Assembly (NCBI GenBank): GCA_023231475.1
Contig: JALJEE010002271.1
Location: 1 to 42,582, forward strand
DNA length: 42,582 nt
Reading direction: 5' to 3'
From: Seison nebaliae
Lineage: Eukaryota
The notes below the pieces were generated by a model that saw nothing but the letters and a program-made list of their open reading frames with translations, had not been told where the DNA came from and did no database searches. The stretch's first letter is position 1. Each line of letters starts with the position of its first letter. Position numbers and translations under genes: made by a program. Below are positions 1 through 11,100 of this stretch, one piece after another.

Positions 1-99
1 ACTCCTGTCATGTTTGGGGAAATCTAGGTAACATCTTTCTGATTAGTTCTAAATTGATGAAATTAATAGTATATTTATAAATAGACAAAATTAGTCCTC

Positions 100-725
100 T
101 TCTCATCGAAACATCAATACATTCATCAAGGAGATATTGTGGGTCACCAGTTTATATGAACTTTGTTACTTCATATCATATACAATATATCTGCCAATCC
201 TCCTAATTCCGATAGCGGTGCTGGTCAACCAGCAGGTGGTCTTTGTACGTTCATTTCCAAGGATCTCCTTCCCTGTTCTTTTACCCAAATATCCGGTGAA
301 GTGGTTCATTTTATGATACGAGATATTCTTTGTTTCAACCTTTATCTTCGTCTAAATCTTCCAATCTACTCTATTGGTTAGATTGAATGTGTTATGGCTT
401 CCAGCAATCTCATCGGCTTCATCGGTGGCGACTTCAATTGCGACTTGAGGAACAGTTCTCATTCCGCGAACCGCCTACGCCAATTTATCTCCAATCATCA
501 TTCCAGTTTGTTGACTACGAGTGGTGTGACAAGAATTCTTTCACGTTCAAAGCTCACACTGGCATTTCATGGATTGACCATTATATCGTTAGCGACAACT
601 TGAGAAATTCTGTCGTTTTTTACAACATTTCGATCGACTCTCATTTTTTCTCCGTGTCGGATCATCTACCCATCTTTTTGACCATTTTTCATTCTCTCTC
701 ACCTCGCAACGCTGAAGACAAATAA
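100..725 (+). mobile_element. Degenerate non-LTR retrotransposon (LINE) apurinic-like endonuclease (EEP) fragment
   Basis: APE/EEP motifs occur in the expected order but are spread over several frames with stops: GGLCTFISK, CFNLYL, IGGDFNCDL, FTFKAHTGISWIDHYIVS, SDHLPI. No reverse transcriptase follows. Confidence 0.8.
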
Positions 726-981
726 CATCACAATACCTTTCTTCATACTTTTTGTCCTTTTTCTCTTTATCATGTTTGTCCGTTTTTGAAAAAAATAAGG
801 AAAACATCTGGTAGGGGTTTTATCCAAATTTTCGAAATGAACGGATTTATTTCTTTTTTTTTAATAATACATCAGAAGGATGGTCTAAAGTTATAAAAAA
901 AATTTCAAGAAAATCGAACCGATATAAGACCAATGTATTTGGGTTCTAACTTAGAGTCTTATGAAAAATTGATTATTAAAA

Positions 982-1108
982 TAACTATGTTGTAGTCTAC
1001 AACATAGTTACTATTGTTAATCCAAATATGTTGTAGTCTACAACATAGTTACTACAAATATTTAGAATAACTACAACTTGTAGAGCATTTCGAGCTCGTT
1101 CTAAATAT
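982..1108. repeat. Cluster of palindromes and direct repeats built on CTACAA/TTGTAG
   Basis: 29-nt palindrome TAACTATGTTGTAG-T-CTACAACATAGTTA (982-1010). 28-nt direct repeat at 986-1013 and 1027-1054. CTACAA-C-TTGTAG (1071-1083), CGAGCTCG (1091-1098), and inverted arms ATATTTAGAA/TTCTAAATAT (1058-1067/1099-1108). Confidence 0.9.
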
Positions 1109-1164
1109 ATTAAATTTAAATTGGTAAGTTAAATATTTCGGATAGAAGAGGTTTAAAAAAAAAG

Positions 1165-1375
1165 TTGAAAAAAATCGACTGCCAAGTGGACGAAGTGTCA
1201 CATGCCCTACAATCCGTCTTTACTCTTATCGACAAAATTTCGGAATCGAACTTCTACACTTCATACATTTCCAACATCAATAATTTTCATAATCGTTCAG
1301 TCTTTAAGCGATATTCTTCTTTAAGATTTCAGAAATTTCATTCTAAAAGATCCCTCAGATTCTAACGGTTCGATC
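1165..1375 (+). repeat. Diverged dispersed repeat copy 1 (coding-derived, probably transposon remnant)
   Basis: Three colinear blocks match 30821-30929: 1288-1305 vs 30821-30838 (16/18), 1325-1342 vs 30887-30904 (15/18), 1349-1364 vs 30914-30929 (15/16). Confidence 0.7.
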
Positions 1376-1729
1376 TCCTCTACGGTCAGTGGTAAGAGAT
1401 CTTGACCACTGTAGATCTTGGTAAGTAGACCACTGCGCTACACACGCCCAAAAATTTCTTTTTTTTAATTTCCCCAATTTTTCATTTTAAATCATATGTA
1501 TCATATGATTGGTTGATATATTCTTATTATTTATTATTATCACCAATGTGTCAAGGAAAATTCCGATGAGAGATAAAGAAGAAACATAAAAAAGAGAGAT
1601 GAACAGAGTTAATTAACGAAAAGAAAAGAATTCATGATTCACTACCAGAAAGTAATTGTACAAGGTGTTTCCGTTCAATGTGTAAGTTATAATAATCTCA
1701 GAATCTATCTCTCCGTTTCGAGCATTTCA

Positions 1730-3193
1730 TTATATTTCATTTGGGTGCTCGTAGTGTTCTAATAAAATAGACACCACATGTTCGAATTTAAACATAGACC
1801 AAAAAATTTGTTCATCCTGTATATTTACGACTATGTCATCGTTTAATATTATCCATTTATTATCTTTTCTTGTAACGGTGAAGAAATGGCAAGGTCTCGT
1901 GTCGCTCTCTTTTGGTATTGCGAAAGCCTCTTTTTGATAAAAGCAGATATTTTGCATAAAATATCTTAAATCATTTTCCAGTCGTTGTGCTAAAGCAGCC
2001 AAATCCAATCGTTCTCTAACAATTGTTATATATTCCATCAAATTACGGAGCATGTTTGCTTCGCATTGCTTTATTTCAACATTATCCAAATTGATAACCT
2101 GTAAAATATTACGTCGTAAAATAAAGTCCATATTTTCAATATTATGATCCACCCCAAGAGCTAGAAAAGTAATGCCTGTAACTTTGTAAAATAATTCTCT
2201 GCCTTCAGAGAAAAAACTTTGTTGTAAATTAGCTTGATTAAAATTTAAGGGCAATTTCTCTCCTCGACGATCATAAGGTATTTCCAGATCAGGACAAACA
2301 AATCGAACGACATGGCGCGGACTATCGTTCAACTCTTCGAGGCATTCGAAAAAATTTTGATAAGTGAGTGGATGTAATTGCTTCGTAAGTAAATTCTCAG
2401 AATTGATTGCAATATGTTTCGGCACCAAACTATTATCCTCTATATAATCCTTTAACTGGGGGATATATCGGCGACCCATCATATGAAGAAAATTTGGATT
2501 TAATCTGTTGTCGTCAAGTATTGGCTTGTTGTCCTCCAACCAAAGTATACTAAGGAAATCTATCTCATTATAATATGTAGCCTGTAATACCTCTAATCCT
2601 GGGAACTCAAATTTTTCCTCTGTTAACTGTCTTGGGAGAAAAAGATCTTTCAATATGGGTCCCCAAGCATCATATGGAAAACCTTGAATCTTTGTTTCAA
2701 GAATTTCATCACAACCAGATTCTATTGTATCTCCAGGAGGTATTGGTCTAACCCTATCGTTTATGCAAACTGTTTGGAGATAACTTTTTAACAAATAATA
2801 TTCTCCAGCGAAACCAAATGTAGACCGTCGACTAAATCTACGTTCATTCGTCTCTATAAATGTATTACGCAGCAAATCCCCTTCATTAATCAGAGGTAAT
2901 ACCGGTTTATCATTCACTAGATAAGGATCACGTTTAACTTTAAGCATAAAATATCTTATAAAGTATGGGTCCTTAGTTTCCATATTTCTTACTTCATCCA
3001 TTAATAAATTGGAAGATATTATTAGCGCAAATACCGCGTTGGTTAAACAAACACCACAATCATCCGGATTATTGTAACCTTGAAGTACTACATCTTCCGG
3101 TTTGCCATACCTGATGTTAAAACTTTTTAACAAATTTCTTTTGCCATCGAGATCTTCATAGGGAAACTCAATGATACTTTTCTCACGATCCAT
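1730..3193 (-). CDS. Intronless divergent ubiquitin-specific protease (peptidase C19/USP)-like protein, 487 aa
   Basis: First ATG is at 3193 (MDREK). Cys-box-like GYNNPDDCGVCLTNAVFALI (cf. GLxNxGNTCYxNSxLQxL) and C-terminal His/Asp-box-like PCHFFTVTRKDNKWIILNDDIV (cf. GHY...W..fdD..V). Confidence 0.65.
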   Translation of the reverse strand: MDREKSIIEFPYEDLDGKRNLLKSFNIRYGKPEDVVLQGYNNPDDCGVCLTNAVFALIISSNLLMDEVRNMETKDPYFIRYFMLKVKRDPYLVNDKPVLPLINEGDLLRNTFIETNERRFSRRSTFGFAGEYYLLKSYLQTVCINDRVRPIPPGDTIESGCDEILETKIQGFPYDAWGPILKDLFLPRQLTEEKFEFPGLEVLQATYYNEIDFLSILWLEDNKPILDDNRLNPNFLHMMGRRYIPQLKDYIEDNSLVPKHIAINSENLLTKQLHPLTYQNFFECLEELNDSPRHVVRFVCPDLEIPYDRRGEKLPLNFNQANLQQSFFSEGRELFYKVTGITFLALGVDHNIENMDFILRRNILQVINLDNVEIKQCEANMLRNLMEYITIVRERLDLAALAQRLENDLRYFMQNICFYQKEAFAIPKESDTRPCHFFTVTRKDNKWIILNDDIVVNIQDEQIFWSMFKFEHVVSILLEHYEHPNEI

Positions 3194-3920
3194 TTTATTA
3201 TTTAACAAAAAAGACAAAGAAACAGAAAATAAAACAAGAAAAATGAAAAGTTCGATTTTGGTTAAATAAATTGCATCTGTATTAGTATTAAGCAACAGTC
3301 CTATTAGCCCAAGAGCAAATTGCTAAATTTGTACAAATTTATACTATGTTAAATAATTAGTTTTGCCGAATAAACTAACATATGCTATTTTTTTTATCGC
3401 ATTATAAGATTGATATACTATAAATTGATTGGTATATGATACCAACCATATATCAATGGTAAAAGTTAATTTACAAATTTATGCACACAATTCATCTTTC
3501 TAAAATAAAAAATTCATTTTTCTTTCCAAACCACTTGTTTGTAGATATTAGATAACTTTCTGTCTTTTCCGACTATCGTAATGAATAATAAATTATACTT
3601 GGTTTTAATTAATATTTTAAAGTATGGTATCAAATAATCTAATAATCCATTTGCTTAATGTTTCATCTTTTTTACATTCTTATTATACAAATTTTATAGT
3701 AATTGCTTTTAGGTTTTTAGTAAAGTTTATTTTAGTTTTCAAAAGCTCTTGTTCTTTCATTCAATTGTCGATATCTAATATTCTAATTTTCAACATCTAT
3801 TTTCGTTCGATCGACTTCACACTCTTCCACTGCACTCTAACAACTATAAAATGTTTTATCGCCGTTTAATTATTTGAAATGAACGAATGATTTGTAAGAG
3901 TAATATTTATTTCATCAAAA

Positions 3921-4216
3921 GGTTTTCGTCTACTTACCAACAAGGATCTACCACTCAATCTATTCGCGAATGCTATCCTATTACTGTATCACACGGAGTC
4001 TTTGATCTGTTGCCTGTAGGCCCTTGACCGGTTCAACTCTCTTTAACGAACATGGACTCCTAACACTCCTGTTTGGAGTCCATATTGATGCAATGCTTAA
4101 TATGGACATTCGGTCTACATAAACACAAATGATAGATATGAAATCCCCATCGATGAACATTCAATCACCCAACCTCCCATGCAGCTAGGATTACAGGACC
4201 TCGCCACGATCCCGGT
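3921..4216 (-). ncRNA. Signal recognition particle RNA (7SL), ~296 nt
   Basis: Minus strand reads ACCGGGATCGTGGCGAGGTCCTGTAATCCTAGCTGCATGGGAGG (Alu domain with UGUNR motif and GUGGC/GCUGC loop-loop pairing), then GCATCAATATGG, helix 6 with GGAG loop, TGAACCGG-helix 8, and GTG..CAGTAATAGGAT..GCGAATAG. It is colinear with human 7SL, helix 5 pairs, a T4 terminator lies at 3917-3920 and a TATA-like TATTTATA is ~25 nt upstream. Confidence 0.93.
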
Positions 4217-5378
4217 GAATTATAGAGTAGAAGTGTGTATAAATATTTTTCATTCAAAGTAGCATGCATTCCAAACATAGTCCACCATGTGTTGACCACC
4301 ATTCGACATACGTTGAAGAATGTATGTTGAAGAAAAAAAATTTGATTATTTGATGAAAAAGATTTTGGAAAGACTGACATAAATTTAATCGCATAACGTA
4401 TTCAAAGCAGAATTTTTCGCTTACAATATTTTAATTTAGTGGATTAACTTGGAATATTTTTTTTTTCATTAATTTCAGTAGACGAACGATGTCGATAGAC
4501 GCATTATGTTCTAAAATTCATATAGACAACAAAGTTGAGTTGTCGTACAGACGATACACAATGGCTATACATTAAATGTAAGCATATGGATTCGCACCTA
4601 CCGAATTTTTGCTTAAGCAAATGACAAGAAGAAAATTCTTTCGGTTTAACCCAATCGAAATTTTCTCTCAATCATGTTTTGAATTATTATGCACTCCATC
4701 TAAGAAAATAACAATTTTTTCACGCTCTTAGCCAGACAAACTTCGATCTGGACATATATTTTTACGTATTATACGTTTATATACGTTTTATATTTTTTTT
4801 ATTGTAAATCTAAATCTCTATAGAGTAATTGATAAATAAAAATTAAAAATTCACGACGTTGTTCGTTGGAAATTACTTTATAAAAAGAATCACTTACCAG
4901 AATACCACCACCGCTATTAATCTATTATTTCATTAGAATAGTTCCACTACCACCAACTGACAATTATTGAGAATTATTTGTGAGAATTTCACTCCAATAT
5001 CATCACGACGACGATCACTATTGTATTAATTTGAATACGATTCTTGGATACATTCATAATTTCTGATAGTTTCTGATAGTTTCTTTCGAATTACACAACG
5101 ACCATCACTCGACCACGATCTTAATGCAACTTTGCATTTTCGTCATTTGAACATTAATTCAGTTTAATATTTCCATCGTGACTACTTGAAACTTCACTGG
5201 AAGAATACCACGACTATAAAGTCATAATTTCTCTTGAATTGCATGACGACCTCCATCTCAAAATTTGATGTTAAAAATTTCTCAAAAAAAAGGAATAAAA
5301 TGATGAAAATTTCTGTTTATTATTTTCACTTTTCACATCATAAATGATCTTGTGACGAATCTGAGCTTTTTCATTTTT

Positions 5379-5723
5379 TCAAATTCCATCGGTTTCGAAG
5401 TTTCTCTTCTTTTTCCAAAATTGGAAAAATTTCAACTTTTTTAAACCTGTCTTCTTTTCTTTCAAAGTACTTATGCTACCTTGTTCGACAATAATATTAG
5501 AGGAATTCTTCTTATCATTAAGATAATTCACCAGTTTATCATTCTTATTTGAAAGATCATCTATTACATCGTTTGTAATCGTATTATAATTATCGATCAC
5601 ATGTTCAATTCGTTTTAGTTCCAATTCGGCAGTTTTCGATGGGGACGATAAATGTGAAGTGATAAGATCATAGACATCTTCTCCGTACAAAGCAGGAAGA
5701 TATTCGGAAATTCGAGAATTCAT
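5379..5723 (-). CDS. Hypothetical 114-aa protein with basic/aromatic C-terminus
   Basis: ATG-initiated intronless ORF with helical character ending KKLKFFQFWKKKR. No family recognised. Confidence 0.4.
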   Translation of the reverse strand: MNSRISEYLPALYGEDVYDLITSHLSSPSKTAELELKRIEHVIDNYNTITNDVIDDLSNKNDKLVNYLNDKKNSSNIIVEQGSISTLKEKKTGLKKLKFFQFWKKKRNFETDGI

Positions 5724-5742
5724 CGTTTGTGTTTATTGTTTA

Positions 5743-5913
5743 TCAGCAGGAATTGTTTATCATTTCTTGAATGCTCCCCGAGTTGATTAGCTGGTTAACT
5801 CTTGTGAGTTGTGTCGGGATACTAGTAGCCATAGACGTAATCGTTATTGGAGCGTCGGAGATGATAGACGAGTTAGATACGCGAACTTCGGTACTTGTTG
5901 GTGAATCGAACAT
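5743..5913 (-). CDS. Hypothetical 56-aa Ser/Thr-rich ORF
   Basis: MFDSPTSTEVRVSNSSIISDAPITITSMATSIPTQ...NSC*. It is GC-richer than its flanks and ends about 20 nt before the next ORF's ATG. Confidence 0.3.
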   Translation of the reverse strand: MFDSPTSTEVRVSNSSIISDAPITITSMATSIPTQLTRVNQLINSGSIQEMINNSC

Positions 5914-6424
5914 TTTTTCTCTCTTTTCCGTATATATATATCATACCAACAAACAATTTCAAGATTTAAATTTCATAAAAATATATTAACAAAATTATAA
6001 TTTATTAATTATCGATGTTGTGTTAATTAATAAATTTTATTCGGATTATTTTATTAATTTACAATTGGATTTCTCAAAGTTATCGTATGAAGTTTATGCC
6101 AGAGTTAACTTTGATCGTCGTAACTTTTTCCTGCTATAATAAATTACTAAAGCCAATGCCGAAAATAATACCAATAAAGGAATTATTATGAACAGTATCA
6201 CACCAAAACCTTTGAAGTATGTGCTATTTTAAAGAGATAGTTCAGTATGTTGAATTTACAATTATGATGAAATTGCTAAAATTGTAGTGGAATTTCTAAA
6301 TCTCACGATCTACATCTTAAACTCACTATTATACTGGAAATGAACAAAACCTTTGAAAAGGAATAATCGAGCCTGGTGGATCGTTCGGCACTTCACTACT
6401 GCAAAATATATTTTAAATTTTTCT

Positions 6425-6877
6425 TTACAGTAAATTTAAATGATAGGTTAATAACTGTTGACAGTATCCTACACAATGATCTATCTCAAAATATTCAATC
6501 ATGTAGCGTACTTGGATTTCATGTAAAGAAGACTTTACACCCTTCCTAATTGGTAATAGGGCAACTTTTTCTGTCTTTTTTTTTGGGGCATCTTTTTTTC
6601 CCTTCAAACCTATCTGATAAGACACATTTTTCCCGTTCAATGTTCCCGCAATAGTCATTTTAAACCCATCACGAACTTGAAAGGTGTACATTTTTAAATA
6701 TTTAGGAAGTGTATAAATAGTGGGTTGTTCCGATATATCGCTTGCGTCTACGTTAACGTCGCCAGTTCTTGTAGTACGTATATCACAAGTGTAATAGTTA
6801 TATTCTGAACATCGCATAAGTTTCACTTCGAAATTTGATCCAGGTAAACCTATTTTGACGAGTAAAAATGAGTGCAT
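6425..6877 (-). CDS. Hypothetical 150-aa protein
   Basis: ATG-initiated, stop-free 150 codons with protein-like composition in AT-rich DNA. No family recognised. Confidence 0.5.
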   Translation of the reverse strand: MHSFLLVKIGLPGSNFEVKLMRCSEYNYYTCDIRTTRTGDVNVDASDISEQPTIYTLPKYLKMYTFQVRDGFKMTIAGTLNGKNVSYQIGLKGKKDAPKKKTEKVALLPIRKGVKSSLHEIQVRYMIEYFEIDHCVGYCQQLLTYHLNLL

Positions 6878-7541
6878 TCAAATAATCGAACTGAAGGATA
6901 TTTATTTCACAAATAAATTTAACTTGATTGAGCTCTATTTGCGATAAATTAATTAAGAATCAGAAGAATAACAAAATTTTAACTGTAATGTGATGTCGCA
7001 TAATATCAAAAATAAAAGATGAAAAAAATTCATTCTGAAACTTAGGATAAAATAGAATAAAAAATTGAAATGAATTTTGAAATATATTTTAATTTTTGCG
7101 CTATTGATATGTATGGATCCTTTATTTTAAATCTGCAAAAGTATTTAACTCATATACTAAGATCTTGTTGACTTTATCTTATGATGTGAAATGAAGAAAA
7201 CTCATTTTTTAAAAAAGTCAACTTTCTGTTCCAAAAACTGAACTAACATTGTATGGGAACAATTTAATTATTATATGAACCATTATTCTGGTTCTCTTAC
7301 AACAATTAATTAACATGTCCATATCAAGTAGGACATGATAGATAACATGATTTCAGGTAGTAAATGAAAAAAAAAGAGAATAAAAAAGAGGATTTATTGA
7401 AATTTGAGAGAAAGTTGAAACTGATCAAGAAAATAAAATGTTAATTTCTCAATTTTGAAAATTAAAATTTTTAATTATTTTTAGTTACAATCTTACTAAA
7501 TGATGGATTCTATAGAATTTGCTGTTTCCAATTGAATTATT

Positions 7542-8120
7542 TTACAATTCTTCTTCTTTCTTTAACGTTTCTCCACTATCGTTCAGTTCGTCATTTGATT
7601 TGAGTAATTCTTTTCTTGCACGAACCACTTCCACTTTTTGTAATTTCTCACGAATTGTGTGTGATTTTCTTCGTAGGAATTCTTCTCGTCGTTCCGTCTT
7701 ATCTTCCATATCTTTCATCTGCTTTTCTAATAATTGTGCACGATGAACTTTGTCTTCTTCTCGTTTCTTAGCTGCTTTCTCGATCTTATGATCTTCATTT
7801 TGACTGAAAGCCAATTTCATTCCTTCGATGGAGATACGTCTGGATTCGGCCATTTCCAATCGTTTAGAAATGCTTGACGTACTCGGACTGGAACCGCATG
7901 ATCTGCTTTCACTCGGATGATATTTATGTCTCATTTGTTCGTGCATCATTCGTTCCAAATCATTTTCGGCTTTTGATTGTTCGTATTTGGGTGAACCGAT
8001 AATTCGTCGTTGATATTTCGTTGAATTACGGGAGACTGTGTGTTGTTTATTGCTTCCATCAAAAATGAAGGCCTCCTCATTACCATAAGAACGGTTACAT
8101 TCATTCTCTTTATTCTCCAT
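7542..8120 (-). CDS. Stathmin-domain (tubulin-binding) protein
   Basis: SSPSTSSISKRLEMAESRRISIE...ERREEFLRRKSHTIREKLQKVEVVRARKE aligns with stathmin [20 protein letters not shown]...ENREAQ...LREKDKHIEEVRKNKE. SP sites lie upstream. Confidence 0.75.
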   Translation of the reverse strand: MENKENECNRSYGNEEAFIFDGSNKQHTVSRNSTKYQRRIIGSPKYEQSKAENDLERMMHEQMRHKYHPSESRSCGSSPSTSSISKRLEMAESRRISIEGMKLAFSQNEDHKIEKAAKKREEDKVHRAQLLEKQMKDMEDKTERREEFLRRKSHTIREKLQKVEVVRARKELLKSNDELNDSGETLKKEEEL

Positions 8121-11100
8121 GATTTAATGCGAAATTTGTGAATGGGAGGTGAATCTAAGTAAGTTTTTTATAAATTATCTCTCTATCGTACTCCAACACG
8201 ATACTGTTTTTTGAATGTGAAAATTTTGTTGAAGCTTATCAATTTGAAATGTACACTTTCCATTCTCATGCTTCAAATTTAAATAACTTTCCATTGTAAT
8301 GTTAATCTACTTTGAATATATGTCAATCATTTCAATTTCCAATGAAAAACTTCGTGCAACATTTCTTCTGGTAACTCCAATGGACTTATTGTTCAATTAT
8401 TTTTATATTTTATAACGAAATTTTCAATTTTTTAATTAAAATTATGTAATTCTAAAGATGAATCGGAATGAAAGAAAAATCCTTAAAATCAAAACTTGAA
8501 ATAAAAATTGGATAAAGATCAAACTGAAAGTGAAGAATAAATTTTTCAAATTTTTTAATTCTTTGATTTAAATTTCAGAAACTATTTTTTTCCCTTGGAA
8601 ATATTAAATGATATATTAAATAATATTAAATCTTTGGTATAAAATGAATTGATAGTTCTTGTTAATTAAATTGTCTAATTATCATCAGACTTATACATGT
8701 ATATGATGATTAATGGTTTTTTATTGATTGAAAAATTTGGAAAAGATTTTGTTGATTAATCGACATAATAACTGATAATAATGCATGGAATTTGAATGAA
8801 ATCTGAATATTAATTAATTGTTATTAATCAAATAAAAAGTGATTGAAAGTATCAATAAATCAGAGAATTGCTGTAAATCAGAATTCCAACAGCAATGAAA
8901 TATCAGAGCGGAAGTTGTTAGAGGTTATTATAACAAAACAGACGAAACAATTAGTTGGTGTAAGACGCATTTTCTTATGAAAGAATAATGAAATTTTTTT
9001 TGAATATTTGTTCAATATATAATGATCTTTTAATGATTAACATTATCACAACTTAATAATGTGCCAAGAAAAAATTATACAAATATTACAACATAATTCA
9101 TAACAGATGTTCAGGATAACAAAAGGAGGAAGAAGATAGATAGAAAATCAACAAACTATTCGATTCAGTTCTCTTCTATTCTAATTCCATTTTCTTTAGA
9201 ATCTCTTCAAGAAATTGAATGACTATACGTATTGTATGAGAATTTAGTGTCGCTTTGCTTCTACGAGTAAGAAGTGTTTGTTGTGTATGGGAAGAGGAGA
9301 TTTATGAATAATTATGCGAAGAAGTCAGATTAAAATGTTTCGTCATTCTATTTCCGTAATAGACACAGTCCAGTTGAAATGTTCCACTTTCCCTTATACG
9401 AAAAGACGAGATTTCTACATATTTATCCAAAACATTTAATCATCATATTAGAGACATGAGTATTTTAATCGATATTCCTCTGTTATTCACTCAAACAACG
9501 ATAACATTTGTCCAGTTGGATTGACCGTTGTCCATCCGGAAATCGACATCATTCCAAACACTCCACAAAACGAATCGTTCTATTTCCATTGGAGATTAGC
9601 AACATTTTGTTATTGTTCAACATTTAACATTCTCATAACTGTTTAAATAACTCGAAATGAATATTGAGGAAATTAATTGAACTTGTTAATATGTTCACTT
9701 TCTGATTAGAAATTAAAGTTTATCTCATCATTATCTCTTCATTTGAAAACGAAATGTCAAATCATATTTTCTAATTTGTTTCCACACAACATTATCGGTT
9801 GGACTCAATGAAAATCGCAGACTAAATCTTCTTTCTTTTTTTAAAGAATATGAGTAACAGGATAGAAATTAGGTGACATTACTGTAGATAATCGATGAAA
9901 AGAATTATGTTGTGATTCCATTCTTTTTACTTATGATCATTGGGATCAACGGTAGTTAGTAAAGATTGAAATGATTCCCTTCTTTCTCATTATCGGATGA
10001 AAATAATAATAATATTAAATTTGTTTTTTACCATTCCTAGAAATGTCTAATAAAATTATTTATCATTATCATTCTATTTTCCTCCTTTCAGGTGTTGGAA
10101 CATTTGTAATAATTACTTCTTTCTTGTTTCTTCTTCCAAGTAACAACTATCCCACATTCGTTACGTAACGGCTGCCAAAGTAATATAATATTACAAGTGT
10201 CATTTTTCAGTTGATTCTTTTATATTTCCACATCTCGACGATAACGACCAAATTGTCAAATATATATTAAATGTTTCTTCATAGAAAAAATACCGGAGAG
10301 AATTTCCCGTAAGAGATTGTCAAAAATTATTTTCTCATTTATCACATCGTGTTGATTTGCCTTCTTTCTCCCAATTACTAGTAATCGATAAATTGTTATT
10401 ATATTAAATGTTCATTTGAAATTTTATTAACAGGAAAAATTTGTTCTTTTCATAAAAATGGAACTTAATTTTCTAACGTAATTTTTTTGGAAGAAATTTC
10501 GAATCAAATTTATTTTTTATGATTATCATACCATTCCTTTTTTTTCTCATGAGAATGACGGTCGTTTGTAATTTTGTTGTAGTTGCAGAATAATTCGGAG
10601 GAAGATTAATTATAAGAATAATTCTCAACTTTTCTTATCATTGATCAAAAGATCAATGATGAACATTGATAAAATTTACTTTATGACTTTTCACGAAATT
10701 GTGTCATGATTCATTCCGAATGTCGTCGGTGTTTGTTATTGATAAAGAAATCAAGAAGATTAATTGTCGCAAATATTCTTTTATTCCTTCTGTTCGACAA
10801 GTGGCATAATACTTTTCTTTCTTTCCCCCACCACGTCTTATCACTCTCCAAATGTGAAGATTTCAGATGATGTGAAATCTCACCTGATTGATATGTAGAA
10901 TATGGAAACTATTTTTCTAGAGGTCCAAATTGATTATGTTTCTTACTACTCCATGTTAAATCACTAGCATGACATATGTTAGTCTCATGATTATCTTTAT
11001 TCGTTATGAATGATCATTTCCACCATGTTATGGAGAGATAGATTATAATAGGAATTTGCACGGAATTCCATTTAGAAATATTTAATTTCTCAATAAGAAA

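Noticed and set aside
982..1054. CRISPR-like palindromic direct repeats
   Set aside because: Only two copies with a 13-nt spacer, eukaryotic context, and no cas genes.
1367..1397. B-box-like GGTTCGATCTCC followed by A-box-like GGTCAGTGGTAAGA (tRNA/SINE)
   Set aside because: Boxes are in the wrong order and no cloverleaf forms.
3194..3295. Hydrophobic N-terminal extension of the 521-aa ORF
   Set aside because: Depends on a non-ATG start and on T-rich sequence; the first ATG is at 3193.
4052..4107. Overlapping alternative hairpins sharing ATGGAC/GTCCAT (riboswitch-like)
   Set aside because: They fall within the helix 6 and adjacent S-domain region of the minus-strand SRP RNA; no separate element is needed.
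4165..4380. 71-aa minus-strand ORF
   Set aside because: Overlaps the SRP RNA 5' end and promoter and has no protein motif.
4470..5260. Stop-interrupted frames and CAC/GAC-rich patches suggesting pseudogenes
   Set aside because: No recognisable motif or periodicity; cannot be supported.
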